Both the position numbers and the translations under genes were made by a program. Below, one piece after another: positions 40,828-50,066 of a stretch of DNA of 64,000 nucleotides (positions are counted from its first letter, which is position 1; every line of letters begins with the position of its first letter). The notes beneath the pieces are model-generated. The model was not told where the DNA came from. It made no database searches and worked only from the letters and a program-made list of their open reading frames with translations. Source of the stretch: an uncultured Acidobacteriota bacterium (GTDB taxonomy: Bacteria > Actinomycetota > Acidimicrobiia > Spongiisociales > ZC4RG35); the NCBI GenBank assembly GCA_963828465.1, contig CAWHEU010000021.1, positions 64,001 to 128,000 on the forward strand, read 5' to 3'.

Positions 40828-42060
40828 CTAGGAGAGGCTCTCGAGATGAGCGGAAACCCCGTAGTCGAGGAGAAGCGGGCCCGCATCGGTCAGGGCGACG
40901 TGGGTGACCGCCGTGTTGGCCGGGGTGTAGAGGGACTCGGAGTGGGAGTCGGTGGTCACCGTGAGCGAGGAGACATAGGCGCGGATGGCCCCTCCATGAG
41001 CCACCACCACCGTCGGCTCGTCGAACACGGGCTCCAGGCCATGAACCGTGGCCCGGATCCGCCCGGTCAGCTCGCCCCAGCTCTCACCGGTCTCGCCCCG
41101 CTTGAGGTCGACCCCGTCTCGATAGATCGTGCCCATCAGGTCGGGCCATGTCTCATAGATCTCGTCCGAGGTGAGCCCCTCCCATCTCCCCATGTCGAGC
41201 TCCTTCAGACCGTCGAGTGTGGTGATGCCGTCAGAAGCCAGATACTCGGCAGTGGAGAGAGCGCGGCCCAACGGCGAGGCATAGACGGTGGCGGCGGTTC
41301 CGTACCAATCACGCAGCGCCTTCGCCTGCCGGTGGCCCAGTTCGTCCAGCCCCCAATCACCCTGTCCCTGCCATCGACCCTCCGTGTTGGCCCGGGTCTG
41401 GCCGTGCCGGACCAGAGCCAGGACGGGATCCCCTTTCTCCAGGTGCTCGCTCACTGCCGTTGGGCGGGGCCCGAAATGGGCGAGGTCGTTGAAGGCTGCG
41501 AGGCGAAGGCGGTCGAAGGACCAGATCAGCCTGGTGAGCGAGGTGTTACCGGCGAAGCCGTGGACTCGTTGGCCCCGACCGGCGAGATAGCGCTGGAGCA
41601 CTTCCTGAATGAACCCGCCGTGGGTCACGACCGCCGCCTGGCCCTCTTCGCCCAGGTCTGCCGCCAGCGCGTCGATGGCGCCGATGGCACGACGATGGAG
41701 TTCCTCGAGGCTCTCCCCGGTGAACCCCATCGGAAGATTGCGATCCCGTATCGCCTCCCGCAGGTAGTCACCGTCCTGTCCAAAGATCTCCTCCCGGGCC
41801 TTGCCCTCCCAACGACCGATGTCGAGCTCGGCGAGGCGGTCCCAGACTTCGAAGTCCGATGTGAAGGCCGAGGCGGTGTCCTTGGCCCTCTGCAGAGGGG
41901 AGCAGACGACGAGATCGAACTTGCGATCATGAAGCCGTTTGCCGATTGCGTCGAGGCTGGCCTCACCGGCGGCGCTCAACGGCCCATCGACCTGCCCGTT
42001 CCAGATGCCGTCGAGGTTGGCCTGCGACTCGGCGTGTCGGATGAGGGTGATTTCTTTCAT
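40828..42060 (-). CDS. tandem histidine phosphatase (phosphoglycerate mutase family)
   Basis: Two domains: RHAES...SPLQRA...VTHGG and RHGQT...SPLGRA...VAHGG. Confidence 0.9.
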   Translation of the reverse strand: MKEITLIRHAESQANLDGIWNGQVDGPLSAAGEASLDAIGKRLHDRKFDLVVCSPLQRAKDTASAFTSDFEVWDRLAELDIGRWEGKAREEIFGQDGDYLREAIRDRNLPMGFTGESLEELHRRAIGAIDALAADLGEEGQAAVVTHGGFIQEVLQRYLAGRGQRVHGFAGNTSLTRLIWSFDRLRLAAFNDLAHFGPRPTAVSEHLEKGDPVLALVRHGQTRANTEGRWQGQGDWGLDELGHRQAKALRDWYGTAATVYASPLGRALSTAEYLASDGITTLDGLKELDMGRWEGLTSDEIYETWPDLMGTIYRDGVDLKRGETGESWGELTGRIRATVHGLEPVFDEPTVVVAHGGAIRAYVSSLTVTTDSHSESLYTPANTAVTHVALTDAGPLLLDYGVSAHLESLS

Positions 42061-42155
42061 GCGATGCGGGTTTTGGGGTCGGGGTCGTGGGTACGCGCCG
42101 GCACCCATCTCAGTACTCATAGCTCAGAACCCAAAACCGTTCGGGTGCACTCCGC

Positions 42156-44207
42156 TCATCCAATGAACGCCGAGGCGAATACCAGGGACACGATCGTCAT
42201 CACCTTGATGACGATGTTCATCGCCGGTCCCGAGGTGTCCTTGAACGGGTCCCCGACGGTGTCGCCGATGACCGCTGCCGTGTGGCTCTCCGAGCCCTTC
42301 CCGCCGAATGCGCCGGATTCGATGAACTTCTTGGCGTTGTCCCAGGCGCCCCCGGCATTGGCCATGAAGATGGCGAGGAGGAACCCGGTAACCAGGGCCC
42401 CGGCGAGTAACCCGCCCAGGGCCTCCACGTCGATCAGGCCGACGAGCAGCGGGAGAGCGACCGCCAGCGAGCCGGGGATGATCATCTCCCTCAAGGCTCC
42501 GGCTGTGGCGATGTCGACACAGGCCGTGTAATCGGCCGTGGCACCTGTGGCTCCGTCCCTGAGACCGGGGATCTCCCTGAACTGACGGCGAACCTCTTCG
42601 ATCATCTTGTTGGCAGCGCGCCCCACCGCGTTGATCGTCAGGGCGGCGACGAGGAAAGGGAACATGGCGCCGACGAGTAGTCCGATCAGGGTCGGGGCAC
42701 GGGTCAGGTCGATCTGATCGAGGTCGACTGCCCGGGTGAACGTGGCAAAGAGCGCGAGAGCGGTGACGCCCGCCGAGGCAACGGCGAAACCTTTCGCCAC
42801 CGCGGTGGTCGTGTTGCCCAGCGAGTCGAGGGTGTCGGTCACCTCCCGGACCTCAGCGGGCAGGTCCGCCATCCGGGCGATCCCCCCTGCGTTGTCGGCA
42901 ACGGGGCCATAGGCGTCTACGGAGACGATGAGGCCGACGGTGGCGAGAGCCCCAATGGCGGCAATGGCCACTCCATAGACACCTCCACCGTCACCCAAGG
43001 CCCAGTCGCCGGCGTAGTAGGCCGCTCCGAGGCCGCCGGCCAACACGATCACCGAGTAGGCAGCGGACTTCATCGATTCGGCGAGACCCGAGATGATCAC
43101 CGTGGCCGGGCCGGTCTGTGCCTGCCGGGCTATCTCCTTGACCTTCTTGTGGTCATCGGAGGTGAACCACTCGGAGATCTTGCCCACCATCCAACCGACG
43201 ACCAGCCCAGCGAGGACTGCAAGCCAGATACCCAAGGGACTGGCGACCGCATCCCCGAAGACCCAGTAGGCGAGACCGAGTGCACCGACGGCGGTCGCGA
43301 TCAGAGCGAAGTTGGTGCCACTGCGCAAGGCTCCGCCGGGATCGTCGCCCCGAACCCGCACCAGGAATGAGCCGATGATGGCGGCGAGCATGCCGAGGGC
43401 GGCGACGGCGAGAGGGAAAACAATCGTCTCCTCCACGAACGTCGACGAGCCGAAAACCAACGCCGCATAAACGACCGGCGCCACCAGCGCGCCGACGTAT
43501 GACTCGAAGAGGTCGGCGCCCATTCCGGCGACGTCACCGACGTTGTCCCCCACGTTGTCGGCGATCACCGCCGGGTTGCGGGGATCGTCCTCGGGGATGC
43601 CGGCCTCCAACTTGCCCACCAGATCGGCGCCGACATCCGCTGCCTTGGTGAAGATTCCGCCGCCTATCCGGGCGAATAGTGCGATCGAAGAGCCACCGAG
43701 GGCGATGGCCGTGATGATCTCCGGCCACTCATCGAGGTCGAGCAGCATCCGGAAGATGACGTAACCGACACCTACCCCGATCAGCCCGAGCCCGGCAACG
43801 CTGAACCCCATCACCGCGCCGCCGCGAAAGGCGATCGGTAGAGCACCTGCGACGCCGCCGGTGCGGGCCGCCTCCGCGGTCCGCGAGTTTGCCTGGGTGG
43901 CTATGCGCATCCCGAAATAGCCGGCGCCTGCTGAGAGGGCCGCTCCGAAGACGTAAGCCACGACCCCCCAGGGGCGCCCCCAATCGAGCAAGACAGCGAT
44001 GAGCGTTGCAATCACGACGACGAAAGCCGCCACCCAGATGTACTCACGGCGCAGGAACGCCATTGCCCCCTGTCTGATCGCATCGGACAGCGCGACCATC
44101 CGCTGGTTGCCGCGAGGGGCGGTCAGGACGGTCCGGGCATACACGACGGCGAGCAAGAGGGCAGCCAAACCCGCGCCGAGCGCGGCGTACAGGATCAGAT
44201 CCGACAC
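42156..44207 (-). CDS. hppA: membrane ion-translocating pyrophosphatase
   Basis: GGIFTKAADVGADLVGK, EDDPRN, DNVGDNVGD, DNAGG, GDTVGDPFKD; TACAAT upstream of GTG 44207. Confidence 0.96.
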   Translation of the reverse strand: MSDLILYAALGAGLAALLLAVVYARTVLTAPRGNQRMVALSDAIRQGAMAFLRREYIWVAAFVVVIATLIAVLLDWGRPWGVVAYVFGAALSAGAGYFGMRIATQANSRTAEAARTGGVAGALPIAFRGGAVMGFSVAGLGLIGVGVGYVIFRMLLDLDEWPEIITAIALGGSSIALFARIGGGIFTKAADVGADLVGKLEAGIPEDDPRNPAVIADNVGDNVGDVAGMGADLFESYVGALVAPVVYAALVFGSSTFVEETIVFPLAVAALGMLAAIIGSFLVRVRGDDPGGALRSGTNFALIATAVGALGLAYWVFGDAVASPLGIWLAVLAGLVVGWMVGKISEWFTSDDHKKVKEIARQAQTGPATVIISGLAESMKSAAYSVIVLAGGLGAAYYAGDWALGDGGGVYGVAIAAIGALATVGLIVSVDAYGPVADNAGGIARMADLPAEVREVTDTLDSLGNTTTAVAKGFAVASAGVTALALFATFTRAVDLDQIDLTRAPTLIGLLVGAMFPFLVAALTINAVGRAANKMIEEVRRQFREIPGLRDGATGATADYTACVDIATAGALREMIIPGSLAVALPLLVGLIDVEALGGLLAGALVTGFLLAIFMANAGGAWDNAKKFIESGAFGGKGSESHTAAVIGDTVGDPFKDTSGPAMNIVIKVMTIVSLVFASAFIG

Positions 44208-44232
44208 AGGGGGCCGGGATTGTAGGTACCCC

Positions 44233-44844
44233 TTACCTGAGGTACGCAGGGCCACATGTGGCCCGACGAGAACAGAGAAAGGCGATCAGCCGCCTGCGAT
44301 GCGTGGTGGCGAGCTCCAGGATGGCCGCCTCCACCTCGGGACCACCGCCCCCGGTCTGCACCGCGACCGAGTAGATGATGTCGAGATACTTGACCACGAT
44401 CTCGTAGGGACCGACGTCGTTGGGCTGAAAGGCCTCGTCACCCACTCCCGGGACTTCCGTCACCCCACCTCGGTTCTCCTCGAACCCGGCCTTGACCCCC
44501 TCCCAATCTGTGGAGGATCCGTAATGGAAGACCTCGACGGTTGGAACCAGACCGTCGACGAGGGTGAAGGTGCAGTTGCGGGCAACACCCGGCTCCCCGC
44601 TGGCCGACGTCGCGTCAAAGGCCGCGGCGACAGTCTCGGGCGGCACCAGGGCACATTCGAGCCCGGTCGATGTTTCGCCTGCCGCGCTCGTGGTGGTCTC
44701 CTCGATCGTCGGGGCGGCGGTCGTCGGTTCCTCGGCAAGCGTGGTGGTGTCGCCGGTCACCAATGTCGTCGTAGTTTCGGCGTCACTCGCGCAGGACACG
44801 CCCGCGAGCAAGACCCCGAAGAAGATGAAGTCTCTCGTACGCAT
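44233..44844 (-). CDS. lipoprotein with a Thr-rich linker (C-terminus probably frameshifted; likely stop ~44286)
   Basis: Lipobox-like GVSC, TTTT linker, Cys pair, VPGVGDEAF. Confidence 0.7.
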   Translation of the reverse strand: MRTRDFIFFGVLLAGVSCASDAETTTTLVTGDTTTLAEEPTTAAPTIEETTTSAAGETSTGLECALVPPETVAAAFDATSASGEPGVARNCTFTLVDGLVPTVEVFHYGSSTDWEGVKAGFEENRGGVTEVPGVGDEAFQPNDVGPYEIVVKYLDIIYSVAVQTGGGGPEVEAAILELATTHRRRLIAFLCSRRATCGPAYLR

Positions 44845-44952
44845 GATCCCTCCCCAATCGATCACCCATGTCCGACCCTATGTGCGACGCTTAATGGGGG
44901 CTTAGGGCCGGCAGTTGGCGGGACAGGCAGCGACGTGGGCAGAATGCATGCA

Positions 44953-45477
44953 ATGAGATCGGCGATTCGTTTGATCGCGTTACTGGCGGCGATGTCTCTC
45001 GCCCTGCCGGCCATGGCGCATGGCGATCACGATGCCCGTCCTCTGTTGAGACGAGCCGAAGTCGGTCCATACACGGTGTCGCTCTGGCAGGTCTATCCGG
45101 ATGTGGGCTCGGCGATGATCCCCCATCTGATCGTGATGTTCGACGATGGGATGCCCGATGAGGGTGCGGTGGTCTCGGTTCAGGTGGGCTCAGAAAACGT
45201 CCACGTCATGTCGTCGTCAACCACGCCAGGAGCATGGGAGACGATGACCGGAGTCGAGCCGGACGATGTCGTCTCGGTGACCGTCTCCGAGGGGGAAGAG
45301 GCGTGGAGCCTCCCGACCGTGGTGATCCCGCCCCCGCTCACGTCTGTCTTACCGATGCGGGCATTGATCGCGATCTCTATCTTCCTCGCCACCGCCGTGG
45401 CCTGGTGGATCGGGGGCAGGACGGCGCAGGCATGGCGGCGGCCGATCACATACCGAAACGTCGGTTTAGAGGGCTGA
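44953..45477 (+). CDS. exported, C-terminally anchored hypothetical protein with His at the mature N-terminus
   Basis: Signal peptide ending AMA, then HGDHD; C-terminal TM followed by a basic tail. Confidence 0.7.
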   Translation: MRSAIRLIALLAAMSLALPAMAHGDHDARPLLRRAEVGPYTVSLWQVYPDVGSAMIPHLIVMFDDGMPDEGAVVSVQVGSENVHVMSSSTTPGAWETMTGVEPDDVVSVTVSEGEEAWSLPTVVIPPPLTSVLPMRALIAISIFLATAVAWWIGGRTAQAWRRPITYRNVGLEG

Positions 45478-45492
45478 ACAGGAGGACAGGGA

Positions 45493-46077
45493 ATGGTCAG
45501 GACGTCGGAGCAAACCGCGGAGTTGGGATTCATTCAGAAGCTGAACGGCCCCTGGCACGAGCGTGCCCTGTGGATCTACCTGGCCATCGTGGTCCTCCAC
45601 TGGATCGAGCATCTGTTCCAGGCGGCCCAGATCTGGATTCTCGAGATGCCGAGGCCAGAGGCTCTCGGGGCCCTCGGTTATGTCTTCCCCTGGTTGGTCA
45701 AGTCCGAGGTGATGCATTTCGGGTATGCCCTGATCATGTTCACCGGGTTGGTGCTGCTTCTCCCAGGCTTCCGCGGTGCTGCCCGCGGCTGGTGGCTGGC
45801 CTCCACCATCATCCAGGGCTGGCACCTGGTGGAGCACTCCACGCTGCAGATCCAGGCGATCGTCGGGACCAACCTGTTCGGGTCACCGGTACCGACCAGC
45901 TTCCTCCAACCCTTCATCCCCCGCCCGGAGCTGCACCTGGTCTACAACCTGATCGTCTTCATCCCGATGATCGTGGCGATGTGGCTGCACACCCGCCCGG
46001 CACAGGATGCTCTCAACGATTGCAACTGTGCCGCCCCGCCGGTGGAGCGAGCCAAGGCGGGTCTGGCCAGCGTCTGA
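45493..46077 (+). CDS. His-motif integral membrane protein (DUF6008-like)
   Basis: HWIEH, EVMH, WHLVEH and ELH in hydrophobic helices; AGGAGG RBS. Confidence 0.75.
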   Translation: MVRTSEQTAELGFIQKLNGPWHERALWIYLAIVVLHWIEHLFQAAQIWILEMPRPEALGALGYVFPWLVKSEVMHFGYALIMFTGLVLLLPGFRGAARGWWLASTIIQGWHLVEHSTLQIQAIVGTNLFGSPVPTSFLQPFIPRPELHLVYNLIVFIPMIVAMWLHTRPAQDALNDCNCAAPPVERAKAGLASV

Positions 46078-46079
46078 GA

Positions 46080-46748
46080 TCAGGCGGGCTGCTCGGCGCG
46101 ATCGGCAGCGGCTCGGGCCAGAACCTCGACGAAGACCTCCGGTGGCTGGGCTCCGCTGATCCCGTATCGGCTGTCGATCACGAAGAACGGGACCCCGTTG
46201 ATCCCGTACTGCCGAGCCTGGACCATGTCGACGCGCACAGCGTCGGAATGCTCGCCTGCCTCGAGTGAGCGAACGACGTCGTCACGATCGAGACCTACCT
46301 CGGCGGCAAGGTCGGCCAAGTCCTCGACCCGTCCCACGTGCCGTCCCTCGACGAAGTAGGCGCTCAAGAGCCGCTCGTTCATCTCGAGCTGGAGACCACG
46401 CTCCTTGGCGTAGTGAAGGAGCTCGTGCGCCTTCAGGGTGTTGGTGTGCTGCAGGGAGTCGTAGTCGTACTCGAGACCTGCAGTTCGGGCGATGCCCACA
46501 ACCCGGTCGATCATCGCCCGGGCCTGGTCAGCCGACACGCCGCGATGACTCATCAGGAACTCGACCTCGGACCCGCTGAACTCGACCGGGGTGTCGGGAG
46601 CCAACTCGAAGCTGTGATAGACGACCTCGACCGGCGCCGCGGTGAAGCCGGCGATGCCGCTCTCCAGATTCCGCTTGCCGATGTAGCACCACGGGCAGGC
46701 GACGTCGGACCAGACATCGATCCGGATCGGGGTGTTGTCGGGAGCCAC
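46080..46748 (-). CDS. DsbA-family oxidoreductase (FrnE-like)
   Basis: WSDVACPWCYIG, SFELAP, GVPFF, SGAQP. Confidence 0.92.
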   Translation of the reverse strand: MAPDNTPIRIDVWSDVACPWCYIGKRNLESGIAGFTAAPVEVVYHSFELAPDTPVEFSGSEVEFLMSHRGVSADQARAMIDRVVGIARTAGLEYDYDSLQHTNTLKAHELLHYAKERGLQLEMNERLLSAYFVEGRHVGRVEDLADLAAEVGLDRDDVVRSLEAGEHSDAVRVDMVQARQYGINGVPFFVIDSRYGISGAQPPEVFVEVLARAAADRAEQPA

Positions 46749-46772
46749 GAAAACCAAGTTACTGCGATCCGG

Positions 46773-46798
46773 TTTCTGTCCCACCCGGCCTATACGTT
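46773..46798 (+). promoter_or_regulatory. PafBC/RecA-NDp-type promoter of the Cys-repeat HNH gene
   Basis: TTTCTGTC-N11-ATACGTT, same fixed bases and spacing as 18629-18654; ATG 6 nt downstream. Confidence 0.6.
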
Positions 46799-46804
46799 CA
46801 CGGC

Positions 46805-47490
46805 ATGGCCGGTTGCTCGATCGACGACTGCCCACAGGATCTGTATGCCCGAGGCATGTGCGAGATGCACTACCGACGAGTTTTGCGAACTGGAGACCCA
46901 GGCCGCGGTCGATGCAGCGAGAGAGATCACGTTGTGTGGCTCCTAATTGCCACGAGTCCGCAGAGGCCTGGGGTTATTGCCATGGCCACTATCAACGACT
47001 GCTTAGACATGGGGCAGTCGGCGAGGAGCCGCTTCGGAAACCAGGCCGGCTCTGTTCGGTCGTCGACTGCCCCCGGCCACACCAGTCCAAGGGATTCTGC
47101 GCTGCCCACTACAAACGGGTTCTGGCCACAGGTGACCCCCAGGCCGACCGACCGATCCGAGAGGTGAGCGGAGCGGGCAGTTCGAGCCACGGGTACTGGT
47201 ATGTAGCCGTACCGCCAGAGCTCAGACATCTGGTTGGAGGCATGCGATCGGTCGGAGAACACCGCCTCGTCATGGCCCTCCATCTTGGTCGTCCGCTCCT
47301 CTCGGACGAGGTCGTACATCACGTCAACGGGAACCGCAGCGACAATCGAGTCGAAAATCTCGAGCTATGGCTGACCTCACACCCGAAGGGTCAGCGAGTC
47401 GAGGACATCGTTGCATTCAGCATCGAAATGTTGGCTCGGTACGCCCCCGAGATCGGCGCCTGGGCTACGAGTAGGACAAAAGCCTCTTAA
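46805..47490 (+). CDS. HNH endonuclease with three N-terminal Cx4Cx9Cx2HY repeats, frameshifted near 46905
   Basis: EHRLVM...VHHVNGNRSDNRVENLEL; repeats begin CSIDDC, CVAPNC and CSVVDC. Confidence 0.88.
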
Positions 47491-47501
47491 GGCATTACAG
47501 G

Positions 47502-47574
47502 CAGTCCCGAGCGGGTTCGAACCGCCGTTTCTGGCTTGAGAGGCCAGCGTCCTAGACCACTAGACGACGGGACC
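47502..47574 (-). tRNA. tRNA-Glu(CTC)
   Basis: GGTCCCG acceptor, CTGGC-CTCTCAA-GCCAG anticodon arm, GTTCGAACC; followed by CCT rather than CCA. Confidence 0.96.
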
Positions 47575-47600
47575 AGGTTGGGGCCGACTCGCGCCGACCC

Positions 47601-47675
47601 TGGCTCGGGGGGAAGGACTCGAACCCTCAATAACAGGGCCAGAACCTGCCGTGTTACCTATTACACCACCCCCGA
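47601..47675 (-). tRNA. tRNA-Gln(CTG)
   Basis: TCGGGGG/CCCCCGA acceptor (U1-A72), GCAGG-TTCTGGC-CCTGT arm, GTTCGAGTC, encoded CCA. Confidence 0.96.
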
Positions 47676-47747
47676 ACGCGCACGCCCGAAAGCGATGCGG
47701 GGTAGAAGGCAAGGATAATCGACGGCAGTCCCAGTGCGAACTCTGGC

Positions 47748-48164
47748 TCAGGGAACCAGAACAGGAACCGCAGTGGCCTCAGCGGTAACCGTCAGAGGCG
47801 CTGTCTGATCGACGAACACGCCCATGAGACCCAAGTCGAGGCCGTCGACGACGAATACCGAGACGGACAAACCATCCGGTGCGGTGGTGATGACCACCTG
47901 GTCCAGGGTGACGTCTTGGGACGCGACGTACGAAGACCCGATGCCAGCGGCCCGATCCGCATCGATGAGGACCTCGCCCGTGGCCCGATAGTGCTCCTCA
48001 TCGATGCCTGAGCCCGCGGCTACCGAAGCCGAATCGGCGATAGCGGCCAGCTCCCGTTGCAACGCCAAGGCCCGCCAGAAGTCGAGCGCCAGGCCACCGA
48101 AGAGGAGCAGCAAGAGAGACAAGCCCAGCATCCACAAGGTGACCGAACCTCGCTCTGACCTCAA
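47748..48164 (-). CDS. TadG-like pilus assembly protein
   Basis: ERGSVTLW plus TM, and LAAIADSASVAA; TTG overlaps the upstream stop. Confidence 0.8.
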   Translation of the reverse strand: MRSERGSVTLWMLGLSLLLLLFGGLALDFWRALALQRELAAIADSASVAAGSGIDEEHYRATGEVLIDADRAAGIGSSYVASQDVTLDQVVITTAPDGLSVSVFVVDGLDLGLMGVFVDQTAPLTVTAEATAVPVLVP

Positions 48165-48589
48165 GGGATACTCCGGTATAGATCGACCAGCTCCGAGTGA
48201 GAGGCTCCGACCCACAATCCGCCCACCTCGCCCCATGGCGTTGCGACCAGCGGAACCCAGACTTCGACCTCCGCGGCCACGGTCGACCCTCGCTCGAAGG
48301 TGCACGCTCCGACTGCATCACTTGGGCCAGACTCAGCGGCGCCGCACCACGAAAGGCGAACCAAGTCGGGTCCAAGCCCGTGGTTGGCCGCCATGTCCGT
48401 CACAACCTGGCTCCCCGCCGAGATATCGAGCTGGATCACCGCAGCACGCACCGCTTCTGCCGCCGCCGCTTCGGCAAAAACGCGACGTTCAGCCCAGGGG
48501 CCGAATGCCAGCACGGCGAGCGCAGCCGGCAAGAGAAGGACTCCGACCGCGATGCCGAGCTCCACGGCCGCGTGACCCCGATCGTTCAC
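48161..48589 (-). CDS. TadE-like pseudopilin
   Basis: DRG|HAAVEL prepilin motif plus TM, AAAEAVRAA. Confidence 0.82.
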   Translation of the reverse strand: MNDRGHAAVELGIAVGVLLLPAALAVLAFGPWAERRVFAEAAAAEAVRAAVIQLDISAGSQVVTDMAANHGLGPDLVRLSWCGAAESGPSDAVGACTFERGSTVAAEVEVWVPLVATPWGEVGGLWVGASHSELVDLYRSIP

Positions 48590-48978
48590 GGCGGCAACTC
48601 CCTCGTGGCCTGTGCCGTCATCTCGATCACGAAGTCAGGAGTGAACGGTGTCCATGAGACGAACACGGCGCTCCCAGACGCTGTCACCACCCCGGGACCT
48701 ACCGCGCATGACGCCACGATTGAGTCGCCCATGCGGCCTCCCAGCAGCTGGCCTAAAACGTCCTCGACCCTCTGCCGGCATTCCTCCTCCGAAGAGCTGA
48801 CCGATCCGACCCGGGCACCCTGATCGAGGGCGGAGCGGAGAGCACCTCGTCCGTACTGGACGACGACGAGATTGGCCAGGGCCAGGAACAGGAGCATTCC
48901 AAGCCCGCTCGCGAGGAGGAACTGGACTGACGAGATCCCCCGCTCGCTCAGCCTCCGATCAGCTGAGAGCGGATCCAC
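48586..48978 (-). CDS. TadE-like pseudopilin (start uncertain, 48951-48978)
   Basis: ERG|ISSVQF plus TM, ALDQGARVGS. Confidence 0.75.
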   Translation of the reverse strand: MDPLSADRRLSERGISSVQFLLASGLGMLLFLALANLVVVQYGRGALRSALDQGARVGSVSSSEEECRQRVEDVLGQLLGGRMGDSIVASCAVGPGVVTASGSAVFVSWTPFTPDFVIEMTAQATRELPP

Positions 48979-49127
48979 CCGACGATGTCCACGCCAAGAG
49001 CCTGAAGCGCACCCCAGATCACCACGAGTGCGGCAATCGCCAGGGCAGCATTCCCCATGAGCTCGGCAGTGTTCAGGCCCCGGTCGTCGCCCCACGTGTC
49101 ATGGAGCCATTTCTTGAGGGCCAGCAT
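48948..49127 (-). CDS. Flp-type major pilin (59 aa, absent from the ORF track)
   Basis: MLALKKWLHDTWGDDRG|LNTAELMGNAALAIAALVVIWGALQALGVDIVGWIRSQLIGG; AAAGGAG RBS. Confidence 0.85.
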   Translation of the reverse strand: MLALKKWLHDTWGDDRGLNTAELMGNAALAIAALVVIWGALQALGVDIVGWIRSQLIGG

Positions 49128-49139
49128 CTCAATCTCCTT

Positions 49140-50066
49140 TCATCGCCAGCCTGTGATCAGATAAGGGAGAGGCGCCGCCACGAAGAGCAGGAGGACCGGG
49201 GCCAGAATGGCGATGGTGGGCACCAGCATCGCCGCTCTGCGCTTCGTCGCCGATCTCCGCATCGTCTCACGACGGGTCTCCCGAACGTCCTCTGCGAGAT
49301 CGAGAAGAGCCGGCGCCAGATCTGCGCCCCTTTCCTCAGCAGTCGCCAGGAGTCGATAGGTGCGGCCACAGAAGGGCTCCGGGGTCAACTCGGCGATCCT
49401 CCGAAAAGCATCGGCGGCACGCCAACCCGACCGGTGTAACCGGAGCGCGTCCGCAAGCTCGGCGATGACCTCACCCTCCCCACGGCGCACGACGTCCTGG
49501 ACGGCATGGACCACGCCGCCTCCGGCCCGAACCCTCATGGCGAGGAGCTGGTTCACCGTGTAGATCTCGATGCACATCCGCTCTCGCCTTCTCTCTATCG
49601 CCGAGTGCAGAGATCCCCTCAGTCGAGTCGCCCCGATCACGACGCCGAGGACCAGGAGCACGATGCGCTGGACGGGAGACGAGCCCAGAATTTCGCCGAG
49701 AATGAGCGCGAGACCCGCAGCGATCGCGATGGTCCGCAGTTGAGCCATGCGAAACGCCTGCACCGACTCCTCCTCGGGCACGTCGCGGTACCAACCGGCC
49801 TGGCGGAGCTCGAGAATCGTCACGCTCTCGCCGGACTTCTCCAGCACCCGACCCACCGAGGCCGCCAGCGAGCTGAGCATCGGCCCGAAGACAGCGGCAA
49901 GCGGGCCGGCCCCGGTCGGGCGCTGTGACGCCGTGCCTGAGGGGCGCAGATAGGGATTGATTCTGGAGGTGAGGCTGCGAGCCGGGGGGAACAGGGCGTG
50001 GACTACCAGCCCGGCAGCCAGGGCGGTGGTTCCGGCTGCCACCAACACGACCGGCGTGACAGTCAC
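49140..50066 (-). CDS. TadC (T2SS F-family)
   Basis: ERGADLAPALLDLAEDVRE, C-terminal TM; position in the tad operon. Confidence 0.85.
   Translation of the reverse strand: MTVTPVVLVAAGTTALAAGLVVHALFPPARSLTSRINPYLRPSGTASQRPTGAGPLAAVFGPMLSSLAASVGRVLEKSGESVTILELRQAGWYRDVPEEESVQAFRMAQLRTIAIAAGLALILGEILGSSPVQRIVLLVLGVVIGATRLRGSLHSAIERRRERMCIEIYTVNQLLAMRVRAGGGVVHAVQDVVRRGEGEVIAELADALRLHRSGWRAADAFRRIAELTPEPFCGRTYRLLATAEERGADLAPALLDLAEDVRETRRETMRRSATKRRAAMLVPTIAILAPVLLLFVAAPLPYLITGWR

Noticed and set aside
30331-47574. The two similar tRNA-Glu sequences as attL/attR of a 17-kb island
   Set aside because: Both are complete isoacceptor tRNAs with different anticodons, and the interval holds core genes (gltX, ilvE).
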